A DNA stretch of 64,000 bases. Source: Utricularia gibba. Its lineage: Eukaryota > Plantae > Magnoliophyta. This document shows positions 10,685 to 23,004 of the stretch, one piece after another (positions within the stretch are counted from its first letter, which is position 1; every line of letters starts with the position of its first letter). The notes beneath the pieces were generated by a model. That model did no database searches and was not told where the DNA came from. It saw nothing but the letters and a program-made list of their open reading frames with translations. A program made the translations under genes and the position numbers. Location of the stretch: positions 6,076,001 through 6,140,000 of the forward strand of contig CM007989.1 of NCBI GenBank assembly GCA_002189035.1. The letters are read 5' to 3'.

Positions 10685-11916
10685 TTAATGTGCAGCATCG
10701 GCAACCGTCTTCTACATAAAAAGATAAAGCATAAGTGGCATGAAACATAAGTAAAAAAAGACCCTGAAGTAGGATTCAAACCTACCTCTTCCTTCTTTCC
10801 CTTGGTAAAGAATTTGTACGCGCCATAGAAGACCAAGCCCCATCCAGTAAGAGACACAATAACAAACTGCAAAAGACATAGAATCCAATCACAAAAACAA
10901 TGCCACAAAAACCTTATGTCAACAAGGTGATCAGATATAGTGTCGTTGTGCGAATGCTGTTTCTTAAAAACATGAATCAAGCCTAGGGAAACGGCATCAG
11001 TGCCTTGTACAATCAACTAGTAACTTTTTCTATTGCTATTTACGTGGACGCTCCACAAAATAAACCAGTGCCATCATGTAATCTATTTTGATATCATTGA
11101 TTCCAAACATATTGCAAGGGCATCTAATGAGTGCTCTCTGGGAGAAGGTAAAATGCGAAACCTACATTAGTCTTCGTTTTTTTTTCTGTCTAACATAGCC
11201 AATGGCTCCCCATCTAAAATGGCGTTGGATATATCACAACCCTTATCAGCAAGACTGAGCACCTAGAGCAGACAGCATGTCCCAGTTCCATACATTTTAT
11301 CCATACAGAGGAATACCAAAAAAAGTTATTGGTAAAAAAAAAAAAAAAAAAAAAAAAAAACGTAGCACACAGTAGCTAGAACAGAACAGATCAATAAGCC
11401 TTCTTGTTTAAATCTAGGACCCTCACACATCGAAATCCCCGTTCCTTGGAAAACAAGCAGTGGTACAATTACCCTAATCCCAATTATGATGGGGAATTCA
11501 AAAGATAATCCTAATTATGCACGACGCACGGAACCAAACCCAAACCCCGATTAACAAACATGGAACGAAAACAAACAGAAAAGAAAGCCCCAAGCTTGCG
11601 CACCTGCTCTTCTTTCCAGTTCCCGGGATTCGTAGGCTCTTTCCAACAGTCCACTTTCGCCGGTCCATGGTGATCTGCACAAAAAAGAAAAAAAAACAAA
11701 ACAAAACACAATCGGTGAAAGCAATTGAACGAAGAAATTCCATGGGAAGATGGTCGGTGGTAACCACCGGTAATTATTGATTAGTCGCCCAAAATTACCG
11801 GCACCACCGGCGAAACCACGGCGGTTGAAAAGGCTTGGGACTCTGGCTGAGACTATTGATGATCTGGAGAGTCGAAGCCTCATCAGATCCGCAGACTGGC
11901 GAGCCAATGAAGCCAT
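10685..11916 (-). CDS. Small mitochondrial single-TM protein (98 aa, 4 exons), possibly a plant complex IV-associated At1g72020/COX-X3-type protein
   Basis: Exons 11916-11799, 11674-11604, 10866-10786 and 10711-10685, all GT-AG with compatible phases (297 nt). Product MASLARQSADLMRLRLSRSSIVSARVPSLFNRRGFAGGADHHGPAKVDCWKEPTNPGNWKEEQFVIVSLTGWGLVFYGAYKFFTKGKKEEKTVADAAH has an Arg/Ser-rich presequence ending in RRGF and one hydrophobic helix. The gene model is strong; the family name is recalled and needs checking. Confidence 0.85.
11334..11360. repeat. Poly(A) tract (27 nt) in intron 2 of the mitochondrial protein gene
   Basis: Uninterrupted A run. Confidence 0.95.
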
Positions 11917-12020
11917 TTTCGTGTTCAGTTTCTGAATGAAGCCGGCCGGCAATTCTAGTGACGGAGCCTCAATTAGGAATTGCAAGTGCTCGCCTCCGTC
12001 GGACATGTTTAGCAACTTAA

Positions 12021-12131
12021 TGGGCCAGTAAGTGGGTACGTCTTGGGCCGGACAACGAGCCCAGAAACATGTACTGCAGATTTTGTTCATATTTATATAT
12101 TGTTTTTTCTGTAATCTCAAACAAAAGCCCA
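12021..12131 (-). promoter_or_regulatory. Cluster of site II (TGGGCY) elements upstream of the mitochondrial protein gene
   Basis: TGGGCC at 12021 and 12044, and AGCCCA (reverse TGGGCT) at ~12058 and ~12126, 100-215 bp upstream of the ATG. Site II motifs are established in promoters of nuclear-encoded respiratory-chain genes. Confidence 0.65.
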
Positions 12132-12687
12132 TCATATCATTCTCATGTCATGAAGCTTCAAAACTGGTCCTGCTTCGTGAGAATTTTCAAGATTTCCTGC
12201 ATCAACAAAATTAATCTTCATCAGAACATTTGCCAGACATCAACCGCTTATCTAAAAAAAAGAGTTTGTAAGTAGATCAAGCACTTCATACACATTGAAC
12301 AAAAAACAAAATGTGATAATGACAAGTTTATATCGATTCACATAGACTAAAAATTATTTTAGGATTAATACAATTCTTAATAAAACTCTTTCCTCTAGTA
12401 TGCAAGTACCGGATTTCCTATTTTCTGGGTTACTAGTCTCGATCCTTTATTTGATTTCCACAAATTGCCTCTAAACCATATGAAATCCTTTTCAAATCCC
12501 CATAGCAATGTGCTTAACCCCCCTTGAGTAAGATGCAACCTAGTTTCTTATAACTAATTTAGGAATTAATATGACTTGGACACGTGTACCCGCATCTAGT
12601 TCTGCATTTTAAATTTAAAAAATCTAGGATCGGCCACTAATGAACTTCATATACTCAAATTTAGAAAACTATCCACTTTCTTATTTG

Positions 12688-12694
<7 letters not shown>

Positions 12695-12766
<72 letters not shown>
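12695..12766. repeat. (TA)36 microsatellite
   Basis: Perfect TA dinucleotide run of 72 nt. Confidence 0.97.
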
Positions 12767-12770
<4 letters not shown>

Positions 12771-14949
12771 AATATCATAATTTATGTTTTTTCATATACA
12801 ATAATGCTTATCAGAAAAATAAATTTCGCATTATTTTTTTTATAATACTTATAGCAATTTTTTTGTTTTTATGAACTCTATATTAAAATTATTAAAAAAA
12901 ATTAATAGAGTATAAAAAACGGATAGGCTATATTATTGAAAAATAATAATATATTACTTATGTAAAATGAGTATTTAAAAATATTTTTCAATTTTTGGGA
13001 TAATTCATATTTTTTAAATGATAATGATTATTGAAATTAATATTAAACAATAATATCATATCATTTAACAAAATATAAAAACAATTTATGCTATGTGAAT
13101 TAACTTAGATGAAATTTTAAATAACACTTATTTTGGATTTTCAAAATTTTTTTTATTATAAATCTTCATCCCTTACAATCGATTTTATTAATTTGAAAGC
13201 ATTAATTCATTTTTTGTAAATTTTATTATTAAATACTCTATTTACTGAAATTTCGAAAATTCATATTTCAAATATTTTTAGTATTCAAATATCTCCAATA
13301 AAACTAAAAATACCATATATGTGAATGATACATATTCATTTGAAATGTATCATTATTAAAATGCCATATAGTAATTGCAATGCTTTGATTACGATAATTA
13401 TGTAAATAATATTTTAAAATCAATAAATTAATGTAATTACTTAATTCTACAAAAGTCATTTTTTAAAATATCATGAAATTTAAAAATACTAAAATATATA
13501 TTTTAAAAGTATTTAAATAAAATATTTAATATTTTCATTTATGGAAAATAAATTATTCTATTAAAAAATGAGAAAATTATTTAAATAAAATTATGAAAAC
13601 TATACAATTAATGTTACTTATTATTCAAATAAATTTAATTAAATCATTTTATTGAAATGATAAATATGTGATATATTTTAGAAAGATAGGTATTCAAACG
13701 ATATACATGATTTGAGTTGAATGTATATTTTTCAAGAATCTATATCTTTATTTTAAATTTGTATTATATATTTTTTATTTTAAATTCATAATATCCAATA
13801 CAGAATCCTAAAATTGTTATTTGAATTGAATGTATCTTTTATTTATTTTAAATTTTTATTATATATCATTCAATCTTTAAATATTATTTAGATAGAATGC
13901 ATATTTTTTTTATTTTTTATTTGCTTTACGCATGATTTTTTTTCAAATGGTATTAGAGTTCAATTTATCTTTCATAGATTGAATAAAATAAGAAAATAAT
14001 TTTCAATTTAAAAGTATATATAATAAAACTATAATTTTCAAATATAATTAAGCACATTTATGTATAGATTACATTCAAATATATAAGAAAACTTCTGATA
14101 TATATGTATATATTGTTTAACTATTTTAATATAAAATTCATTGAAATTTAGATTTTAATAAATAGTTTTTAATTTTTAATTATTTTAATATTATAATCCT
14201 AATTGACTTATGAAATCGTTAATGTTGTTGCTATTTTCTTTATATATCTATACTATTTTTAATCTTTTTTTAAATAATCATATATGATTATTTAACCAAT
14301 ATTCATTGCATAGGCTTGTACAAAAAAAAATGCGATTTTAGTGCAATTCAAAGTTGTATATTGTTTTTTTCCATAAAAAATTATTCTAGTTCATCATTTA
14401 TAATAATAAAAGATATATTTTTACTAAGATATAAAAAATTTCTCATTCATAATTATAGAAAAGAAAAGCGAAAAGAAAGAAAATGTTCATACGTGAATAG
14501 AAATATATTGTTCAAAAAAAATATAAATATGTTACAAACCAAATAATGATGATGATTATTAGTGTCAACAGGTTTTACAATAAAAAAATAGAAAACATAT
14601 CAAAATAACTAGTGATAACATGAAAATTAGAAATGACAATGAAATTTATGCATTTGTGAAAAAAATAACATTCATCTTAGAGTAATTCTTAAACTCGCAC
14701 CAACTTTTACCCTTTAAAATATATATATATATATATTTAACCATCTTCATCAACTGCATTATCTTTAAATTTATCATAAATACACAATATAATATATATA
14801 CAATTATAAATCTATAAATTTAAATTAAATTTATAATGTTAAAATGGGAGATTGAAAAATTTGTCAACTTTGACCACGTGATGTCATATTTATAGTTTAA
14901 GCCAAACCATGAAAATGTTTGCTCCTGTTGTGTGTGAGATAGTTGGATC

Positions 14950-16000
14950 TAATATGTCGAAGGTAAAATCGATGGTATTCATATAACGGCTGAAAGTTAA
15001 GAATCCTATCTAAGATGACTAATAATCGAAAGTCTCTATCACTAGTTAAGTTAATCTGATAGCAACCATGAATAATATGAACTTATAACAACTTTAAAAA
15101 CCATGTACATGTAGTACTTAGCTCTTCATCAATTAAAACATAAGCTAATGGGAGAGCATGTCTACCGACATCTATGACAACGGTAATCAATAGTTTGTAT
15201 ATATATTAGCCATACAAATATATCTCTTCGACATGTATGATTGGACAATAATTTTTATATACAACAATACATGATGCAAATATTAAGAACACATGGTATA
15301 GAATTGGCCCTCCCCTATTATCACTCATATGGGTTCACATAAGTATTTCATAAAAAAATATTTCTTTTTACACAAAGAGATTCTTGTCGAGGAATAACAT
15401 ACGTCATATGTTGATGAAATCATAGATGCCTCATATAAATCCAATGAAGATGGAGGAAATAAGAACATCAATCCTCCCCTCATTTCAATTTGGTCACTCA
15501 CAAGATCAAAAGCAAAAAAGCACCAAAAACTTTTTTTAAGGATTATGACTTAATTAGGAAACTTATGAAACTTGTAGCATTGAGTTTACTAGTATTACTT
15601 TTAGTTAAACTAACTTATTTTTCTATCTATATAAGAAGGTCTTTACTATTGTTTAGTAATAACTTTGATTGTAATGATTTTTTAGAATAATACTTCTTTT
15701 TGGAGTTTTTATAGAACTTTAGACTTATTAAGTCTTGCTTGTAGTGTCTAGTATATGTTTTATCACTTTTATTTCATTCCTTGTTTTTCTGAGTATGGTA
15801 TCATTTAACAATTTGGGTTTCAAGAATTTTCAATACTTGAGGGCTAACTTTTCTTTTCTTGAAGTATTGCTTCTTTTGAACCCAAAATTAGGTTTGCCAA
15901 TCAATTTTTGTTTGGATTGTCGTATCATATGCCATATACGTCATTTTTTATATTACCATTATAGAAAACTCATATAGTTACAACATATTTACGTACTAAA
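14950..16000 (-). mobile_element. Degenerate MULE (MuDR-like) transposase remnant
   Basis: Minus-strand translation ~15230-15040: IYLYG*YIYKLLITVVIDVGRHALPLAYVLIDEELSTTCTWFLKLL..NLTSDRD, which resembles the MULE DDE core DGTHLYGKY..LLIAVAIDGN.QI.PLAFA.VE.E....W.WFL..L..ISDRH. Confidence 0.75.
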
Positions 16001-19000
16001 CTCTTACAAATATGTAGAACTCAAAATAACTTATGATAAAGATTTGTGATAGAAAATCTTTAAAAAAAATATAGATAAAGTGTTTGGTTTTATAAACTTG
16101 AATTAACATAAATGACAAAAATAGCGTGAATTAATTTAAAATAATAATGAATTGACTCAAAATAGTATTGTATTTGCTTTTAGTCACATTTTTAATTTGA
16201 AAATTTAATAAAAGAATAAATTTAAAATGTAACATATGAATAAAATAGAATTATATTCGTTTTTATATATCAATAAATTAGAATTTTATTTTCTTAAAAA
16301 TCAAAATTTAATAAGTTATCTATGTTTTTGAATTATTTATAATATAATTATTATTTATAATATCCAATGAGATTCTGAATTTAGAAAGTAGTATAATCAT
16401 AATAATGATATTGGAAATAAATTTGTTTGTGTTAATTTTTATAAAAAAATGAAATATATTGACATGTTGGTATATTTCATTTTTTTGGTATTTATTTTTA
16501 AAAGAAATATTAATGATAGTTATTTTGCAAAAGATTTTAAAAGTATAAATATATTTCAAATTAAGATGAAGAGTGATATGTATTTTTCAAATCTGTTACT
16601 GAGTAATTTTCTAGGAATATTTTTTGGAAAATTGGGAATATTTTTGGGAAATTGGGAATATTTTTAAGAAGTGACAAATTAGTAGTAACTATCTTTTATC
16701 TCAACTAGGTTTTTCACTGTATTTGAATTTTTATTTAAACCTTCTTTCTTCAACAATAGATCGCAACTCAGAAAATCAGTAGCACATACCTCCCCTCTCA
16801 ATTCGTTGCACTTTTACCCTCTTTTGGGGAACGAAGTGATACAACTTTGGGTTCTCTATTTTTAACTTGTTTTATTTATAATAGCCTAGTCAATCAAATG
16901 TATCCAAGCGACACCATTATGTGCATGCCATGTGTTATTTTCCATGCGCACCACATGTCTACTACGTGTGCATCATGAGTCCTGTCGCATGTGTGCCACT
17001 TGTATATCAATCATGAATGCCACATGTCACATGCAAAATAACGATGAGATGTAGACGGGAATATATATATATAGTAGAATGTAATGTTCTTTTATTGATT
17101 CTTGAGTTTTACAAAAGTGACTAGGAGAAGTTGGAAGGAAAGGTTATAGTACATTCAATAAACGAAGCTAGAGAGTTGATTTGTGGTCTAAGGTGTTAAG
17201 TTAAGTGGCATGATTGCTTTTGAGGCTTTACTTATCTTTGAATGTGATTGCGTCTATGATCAAAACTTTTTTATGTTACATAAAAGTTATAACAAGGTAG
17301 TGGGTTATTTCAATTAAGATGAATTGTTTATTAATAATGTGTTATTGATATTACAAGGCTCATTAAAGTCATTCTAAATTATTGTTAATTCCTGTAAAAA
17401 TATCTTCTTGAATAATTTGTCAATAACTTTTATGTTGTTAGATATGATGACATAAGATATTTTCTACTCAAATATCCATTGACTTTGTCTATGATATCCA
17501 AAGTTCATTGAAATATTAGTGTCAATTAAACATTAAAAAAATAAATGATGCAAGTAATGCTAGTTTTTAGAAATATTAATAATATATAAATTACAAGATA
17601 TCCTCTATAAAATTATCAAATTGGAACATAAAAGTGTTTACGATATCAATTTATGAATTCTTTAATAAAAGTTATTAAATATGTTATATATTTAAAAATA
17701 ATAAATTTGTAAGGAATTAATAATATAATATATATTCATTTCAAATCTTACAAAATCTACAATATACACTATTGGTTTTGGGGTCAATTGGGTCAACGTA
17801 ACATCATCATAATCAAGGATTGACAAATGAATAATAAGATTTGTAAATATAACTTCCAACGAAAATGTTTGGTATAAATAATCATATCATTAGTATCAAT
17901 ACGTTCTAGTAATGCATTGATAATCTTCTCATTGCTTATTTTGTCGAACATTTTGTATTCTTTCGGAACACAAAAACGTATTTTGAACTTAAAAGAAGTA
18001 TCCATTGATTTATTTATTCAAAGAACTATAAATGAAAAAAATGTTCAATACAATCTAAATTATAAGTGAATTATATATTTAATTGAATTATATTTTAGAA
18101 AAATATACTTGAAATAATTTATTTTTTTTGTTTTTGTGAAGCCAATTTTGAAATCACACTATCATTATTAATCAAATCTACAAATTTTGTTTTCAATTAT
18201 CACATCCTTTGAATTTATATTTTGCACCTCGTAAATATTTTTTTTCAATTAATTACACTTAATTAAAACCATAATAATCACTGTAATTGAATTATCATAT
18301 TATAATCTTATTGTTTTCCATGACGAATAACTATAACCAATGTGAAGTCCAGTTATATTTAACATGATTCATTTTGCTTAAAAACTAAATATGATGTTTT
18401 TTTTATTTTAAAACCATTAAATTTAGATGGCATGTTTTTCTATATTATTAAATATGTAATAATAATAATAATAATATAGAGTGAATATTTATTATACTTT
18501 CATTAATCTTAGTTATAATTTTTTGTATTATATATTTTATATGTTATATTCCATTTTATGAAATATTAAGATTTATTTCCAATAATTTTATCATATCTTT
18601 AAAAATAAGATTTGTTTGATTATCATGGATTTCAATTTATAAATTTTATTATTGTTTGTTCATATTGCATCATTGATGGATGACTTAAAGCAATCACCAT
18701 ACAACGATTGTATTTACAACACAATATTTTTTTTCGTATGAAAATCTACAATTTTTTATTTTATAAATATCATGGCTTTTGAATTTGTTATATTCAAAGT
18801 ATTTTTCAGGGACAATATATTCAATTATAAAAGTTACATTTCTTATGATAAACTTCATTTATGAATCATTCAATTTCACATCGATGCTATATTAGATGAT
18901 CTACAATCTGAGTTATATGAGATAATTAAAATTTAGACTCTTTTTATGATTTAAAATTTTTAGTGTAATATTACAATTATGAAAACAATGAAATGCATTA

Positions 19001-20918
19001 TATGTAACTATTATTCCAAATGAACTTACTCTTTTTCCACAACTTAGTCATATCACTCTTCTATTAGAATTATACTTGATACTAATCATTTTACTACAAG
19101 TTAATTGGAGTTTTGATTATGATTATGGATAAATATGGATATATCTCATATTTATTGTTTTAATGAAATGGTTCAATCAAATGAAATTTAAATAATAATT
19201 AATAATGATTACATGTTTTTTATAATTTTATTTAATTATTTTGTCAATTAATAAAATAATTTATTTTTGATAAATTGAAGTATTAAATACTCTACTTAAA
19301 CAGTTTTTAAAATATTTTTTTTTGAGGATTTTTAAATTTAATGATATTTCAAGTAAATGTAAATACCATTTGTAAAATTTAGTAGTTGCGGTAATGTATC
19401 AATTTTAAAATATTATTTATATAATATTCAAAGTATTATTTCTAAATATTTATTTTAGTTAAGTAATATATTATTATTTTTAATAATAAAAATCCATCTT
19501 TTTTATAATGAATAATTTTTATTTAATAATTTTAATATTATAAATATAGAGTTCATATCATAAAAACAAAACCAATTTCTGTAAATATTATAAAAAAGTA
19601 ATGCAGAATAGATTTGTATGATAAATGTTATTGTATATTAAAAAAATACAAATTGTAATATTTATAATATAATATATACATATATACAAGAAGTTGGATA
19701 ATTTTCTAAATTTGAATACACACAATTCACCCAATGGATTATTTTTTAAAGGATATTTTTTACAATGGTTAGTTTTCTAAATGACTCCCTAACCTGCCTT
19801 TCGCATTTCGTGCTCCTCCCTCCTGAGTCCATGTTTCATGGTTTTGAATTGTTTCAATTAAACGCATAGGCTCCTGGACTATTTCAAGGAACCAGAAGTG
19901 CATATCATGTATAGAGAAGTAAAAAAGGCCATCGGATATTTTGAATACCTCTTCCACCCTTTGTACACAATACTATCTACGCATTCATAAATATAGTAGC
20001 AAAAAAGATCATGGATGTTGGCCGAAGAATTTCCGTCGATTGCTGAATTGCTTTTCAATCCACGAACCTGACAAAACAAAAACAAAGATTTAAGGCTAAG
20101 GGTGCCAATCTCTCAAAAAAGTGGATGATAGATTCTAACTCATTTTTTAGCTCACTACTACCATTTAACATATTCATAATAGCATTAAAAGATCTAAGCA
20201 TAAATTCGATCAATAAATAATAATTTTTCCTTCAATTATGCGTCTTAGTCTCAACTTCAAGAAAACCGACTCCTGATAACCTCTACTAAAACCATATTGT
20301 TTCTGCTATTTATTTCAAGAATTGAAATGGATGCCTGCCCTCATTGTGCTTCCATGAACATGTAGACTTTTACTATCTACTTCCTCCCTCACAGTGTTCT
20401 TTTCATTTCACTGGACTGTTGAGATACAGTATATATGCATCATAATATTGAAATTGAACAAACTACAGAAACCAACATTCGGATTTCATACAAAAAAAAC
20501 TCCTAAACCCACGTACCAAGTACATTTTTTTCTATTCACACACAAAAATTTCGTTTACAGAAATCCAAATAAATTGAATTTGCACTAAAACAAACACGCG
20601 TACCAAAGGGGCTTGTGATCTCTGACACAAACTACACTGAATCGGTGAAACGATAATAACTATCACTCTATTGTTCACCGCACAAACACGATTAGGACAC
20701 AGAGAAATTGTATTCCTAAGTGTACAAGTCCATGAACCATTGCCAGACAATGACATAGAATGATGCAGTGCTTCATCTTGTGGTACTGAATGAGCCTCAC
20801 ATAAACAGACTTCCATAAACATGCGTCTCGTCCACCATCAACATAGCACTAACAAAGCCATAGTGATCCATCAAAAATGAAAACTGAGAATAGCGATTTG
20901 CATACCAATAACTGCCTA

Positions 20919-21466
20919 CTAGTCGTAGAGTGTTTTGGCCGACTTTGTCCTCAACAACTTGATTTCACTTTTTGATATTTTCTCCAAGGACTTCTCGCTC
21001 TGGGCTACAGCTTTCAACACTGCCTTCTTCTTCCTAAGGTTCTTTCCCCTCTTCATCGCTGTTCCCTTGTTCACCTTCCTGGTAAAAATTATATAACAGT
21101 TTCACCCGAAACACGAAAACTTCCCAAATCAAAATGCTTTACAAGCACAAAAAAAAGGAAAGAGCAATTCACCTCAGCTGCCCACCTGCAGAAACGCCGG
21201 AACCCACGGTCTCGGATGTGTCCATGGCTGAAAGGAGCCATGATTTAGAATAAAGACCAACTTTATAATCAGAATTTCAGACCAGGGAGCTCACCAAGGA
21301 TAGACAGACCAGACAAAACAAAAAAGGAAAAAGGAAAGCTTAAACTGGCGGAGTTGAACGCACCTTGATATCCGTTGGCGGTGGAAACAGCGGAGGAAAC
21401 ACGGCTGCCATCATCCACATCCATCTCACTGGACCGATTCCCTTTTTTGCTCCGTTTCTTCCCCAT
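20919..21466 (-). CDS. Small basic uncharacterised plant protein (105 aa, 3 exons), probably nuclear/nucleolar
   Basis: Exons 21466-21364, 21227-21173 and 21078-20919 (GT-AG, phases 1 and 2, 318 nt). Product MGKKRSKKGNRSSEMDVDDG..AMDTSE..RKVNKGTAMKRGKNLRKKKAVLKAVAQSEKSLEKISKSEIKLLRTKSAKTLYD resembles a conserved plant family (MAK.R.KK..MD..AMDTSE..MKRSKN.RK.KA..KA..R.QSAK.LYD). Confidence 0.85.
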
Positions 21467-21556
21467 TCTGGCCCAGAGCAAATTCTAGACAAGGCGTGTT
21501 CACTGATCTTCACGGCCGTAACGGAAATCGGGAAACGGTTGATAGGTGGCAAGTGG

Positions 21557-21621
21557 AAACCCTAATACTAGTTTTCCTTTTCAATATTAGGGATTCATCC
21601 AGCCCAAGGGAGTTTGGGCCA
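21557..21621. promoter_or_regulatory. Telo-box (AAACCCTAA) plus site II (TGGGCC) module
   Basis: AAACCCTAA at 21557-21565 and TGGGCC at 21616-21621, 90-155 bp upstream of the ATG at 21466. Confidence 0.65.
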
Positions 21622-21888
21622 TTATCCGTTGTTAGACATCAGCTTCCCAAGTTTCTCCTCTCCCGTCCATTTAATTTTGGAGCCAATCGAATCGGACAAA
21701 GAGCAGTGTAGGGCATAACCGTCATTTACAACAAAATTCGCTTTACCACATCATCATCATGTTTTCACTGTCATGTGAGCAACACCATTTCACACAATTT
21801 GGATGAACTTGATTGGCACATGGCACCGTTTTAAAGGTCAGCCCGTGCCGGATAAATATAAAATACTCCGGCCGGCCACCGTGCTGCT

Positions 21889-21944
21889 GCATTTGTATTT
21901 ACCGTCCATGTCGGTGGCATTTGTATTTACCGTCCATGTCGGTG
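21889..21944. repeat. Perfect 28-bp tandem duplication (2 copies)
   Basis: GCATTTGTATTTACCGTCCATGTCGGTG at 21889-21916 and 21917-21944. Confidence 0.95.
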
Positions 21945-22056
21945 GGATTTCCAGAGTACTGGTAGCCAGCCGTTCGGTGTTGTGTGAAACAAAATTCATG
22001 CTTTATTACTACTACAAAACACATTGCACATCACATCAAAAGATTGCAGTTTTTTG

Positions 22057-22311
22057 TCAGAATCTGACAGTAGTGGGACCCCAGCAACTCAGTTCCACCA
22101 CTTTCCTAAAAGCCCCTTCCATCTTCGGCCTGCCGTCGCCGTCGCCGGGGATCTTCCCGCCGGAGACGTCAGATCTCTCCGTCCGATGAGAGCGCAGCAG
22201 CTGATCCGAGACACGTTGGTGCACTTGGTAGCTCCAACGGCGATCACCCAGCTGGTCCTTCATGGCCTCCACCACCGCGAAGGCCGACAGCTGCCCCGAG
22301 CCTCCGCTCAT
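22057..22311 (-). CDS. Wound-responsive family protein (DUF3774-type, 84 aa)
   Basis: ATG at 22311 within ORF 22057-22602: MSGGSGQLSAFAVVEAMKDQLGDRRWSY..AFRKVVELSCWGPTTVRF. The VEA(L/M)KDQLG..RW.Y and LSCWGP motifs are diagnostic. Confidence 0.9.
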   Translation of the reverse strand: MSGGSGQLSAFAVVEAMKDQLGDRRWSYQVHQRVSDQLLRSHRTERSDVSGGKIPGDGDGRPKMEGAFRKVVELSCWGPTTVRF

Positions 22312-22554
22312 CTTGGACCGGAAAAAGTGCAAGAACTGGACCGGGTGCCCTACCTCGTGACCCCAGTTTGTGGATGTAGCTATAAATGGAGGGAGAGGTG
22401 GCCATAAATCCAGGGGCCGTGAAACAGCAGGCGACTGGTTAAACCGCGGCCACCGATCCGGTTTCTTAATGGGTCGGGTTTTTTCCGGTATCCGTGGCGC
22501 TCGCCCTTGAACTCCATTTTTGAGAGGAAAACCGAAGCGGCCACGAGTATAGTT

Positions 22555-22630
22555 TGGGCTTGAAATTGGGGCCCATGTATCCGGCTGCTTCTTTGGGCCC
22601 ACAAGTCAATGACACGTAATTGCTGACGCA
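22555..22630. promoter_or_regulatory. Site II/TCP motifs and ACGT/TGACG elements upstream of the wound-responsive gene
   Basis: TGGGCT at 22555, TGGGGCCCA at 22567, TGGGCCCAC at 22594, then ACACGT and TGACG within ~35 bp. Confidence 0.5.
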
Positions 22631-22952
22631 GAGTTACAAACAACAATATCATTGAAAGCAGTATTTATAATTTAACTTATTTTAAATTCAAAACCATTTT
22701 AAGTGATATCTTAGATCATAATATTAAATATATTCTAAAGCTAATGACAACTAAATAGTATAATAAGAACAGAGCATTCATGAACTTATCGATTGAAATA
22801 TTATACTCAAAAACACATAAAATACATATATTAGAAAACATAAAATATTCCAAGTCGAGGATGGGGCCTCCATCCGGTCCCCACTCGCATCACAAAATCG
22901 GAAATTATTTTTTATTTTTTAAAATTATTTTATAAAAATAGAAATAAGAAGT

Positions 22953-23004
22953 AAAAATAATTAACTCCTTATTTTTTCAAAAATAATTAACTCCTTATTT
23001 TTTC
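22953..23004. repeat. 26-bp tandem duplication (2 copies)
   Basis: AAAAATAATTAACTCCTTATTTTTTC repeated at 22953-22978 and 22979-23004. Confidence 0.9.

Noticed and set aside
11551-12135. 194-aa ORF on the minus strand
   Set aside because: Only its middle 39 codons (from ATG 11916) are exon 1 of the mitochondrial protein gene; the rest is promoter and intron read-through.
17300-19200. Faint coding-like remnants in the AT-rich desert (e.g. ORF 17793-18005)
   Set aside because: Probably very old TE debris, but no diagnostic motif could be recognised.
22057-22602. 181-aa ORF
   Set aside because: Family homology starts at ATG 22311; the upstream 97 codons cross promoter motifs.
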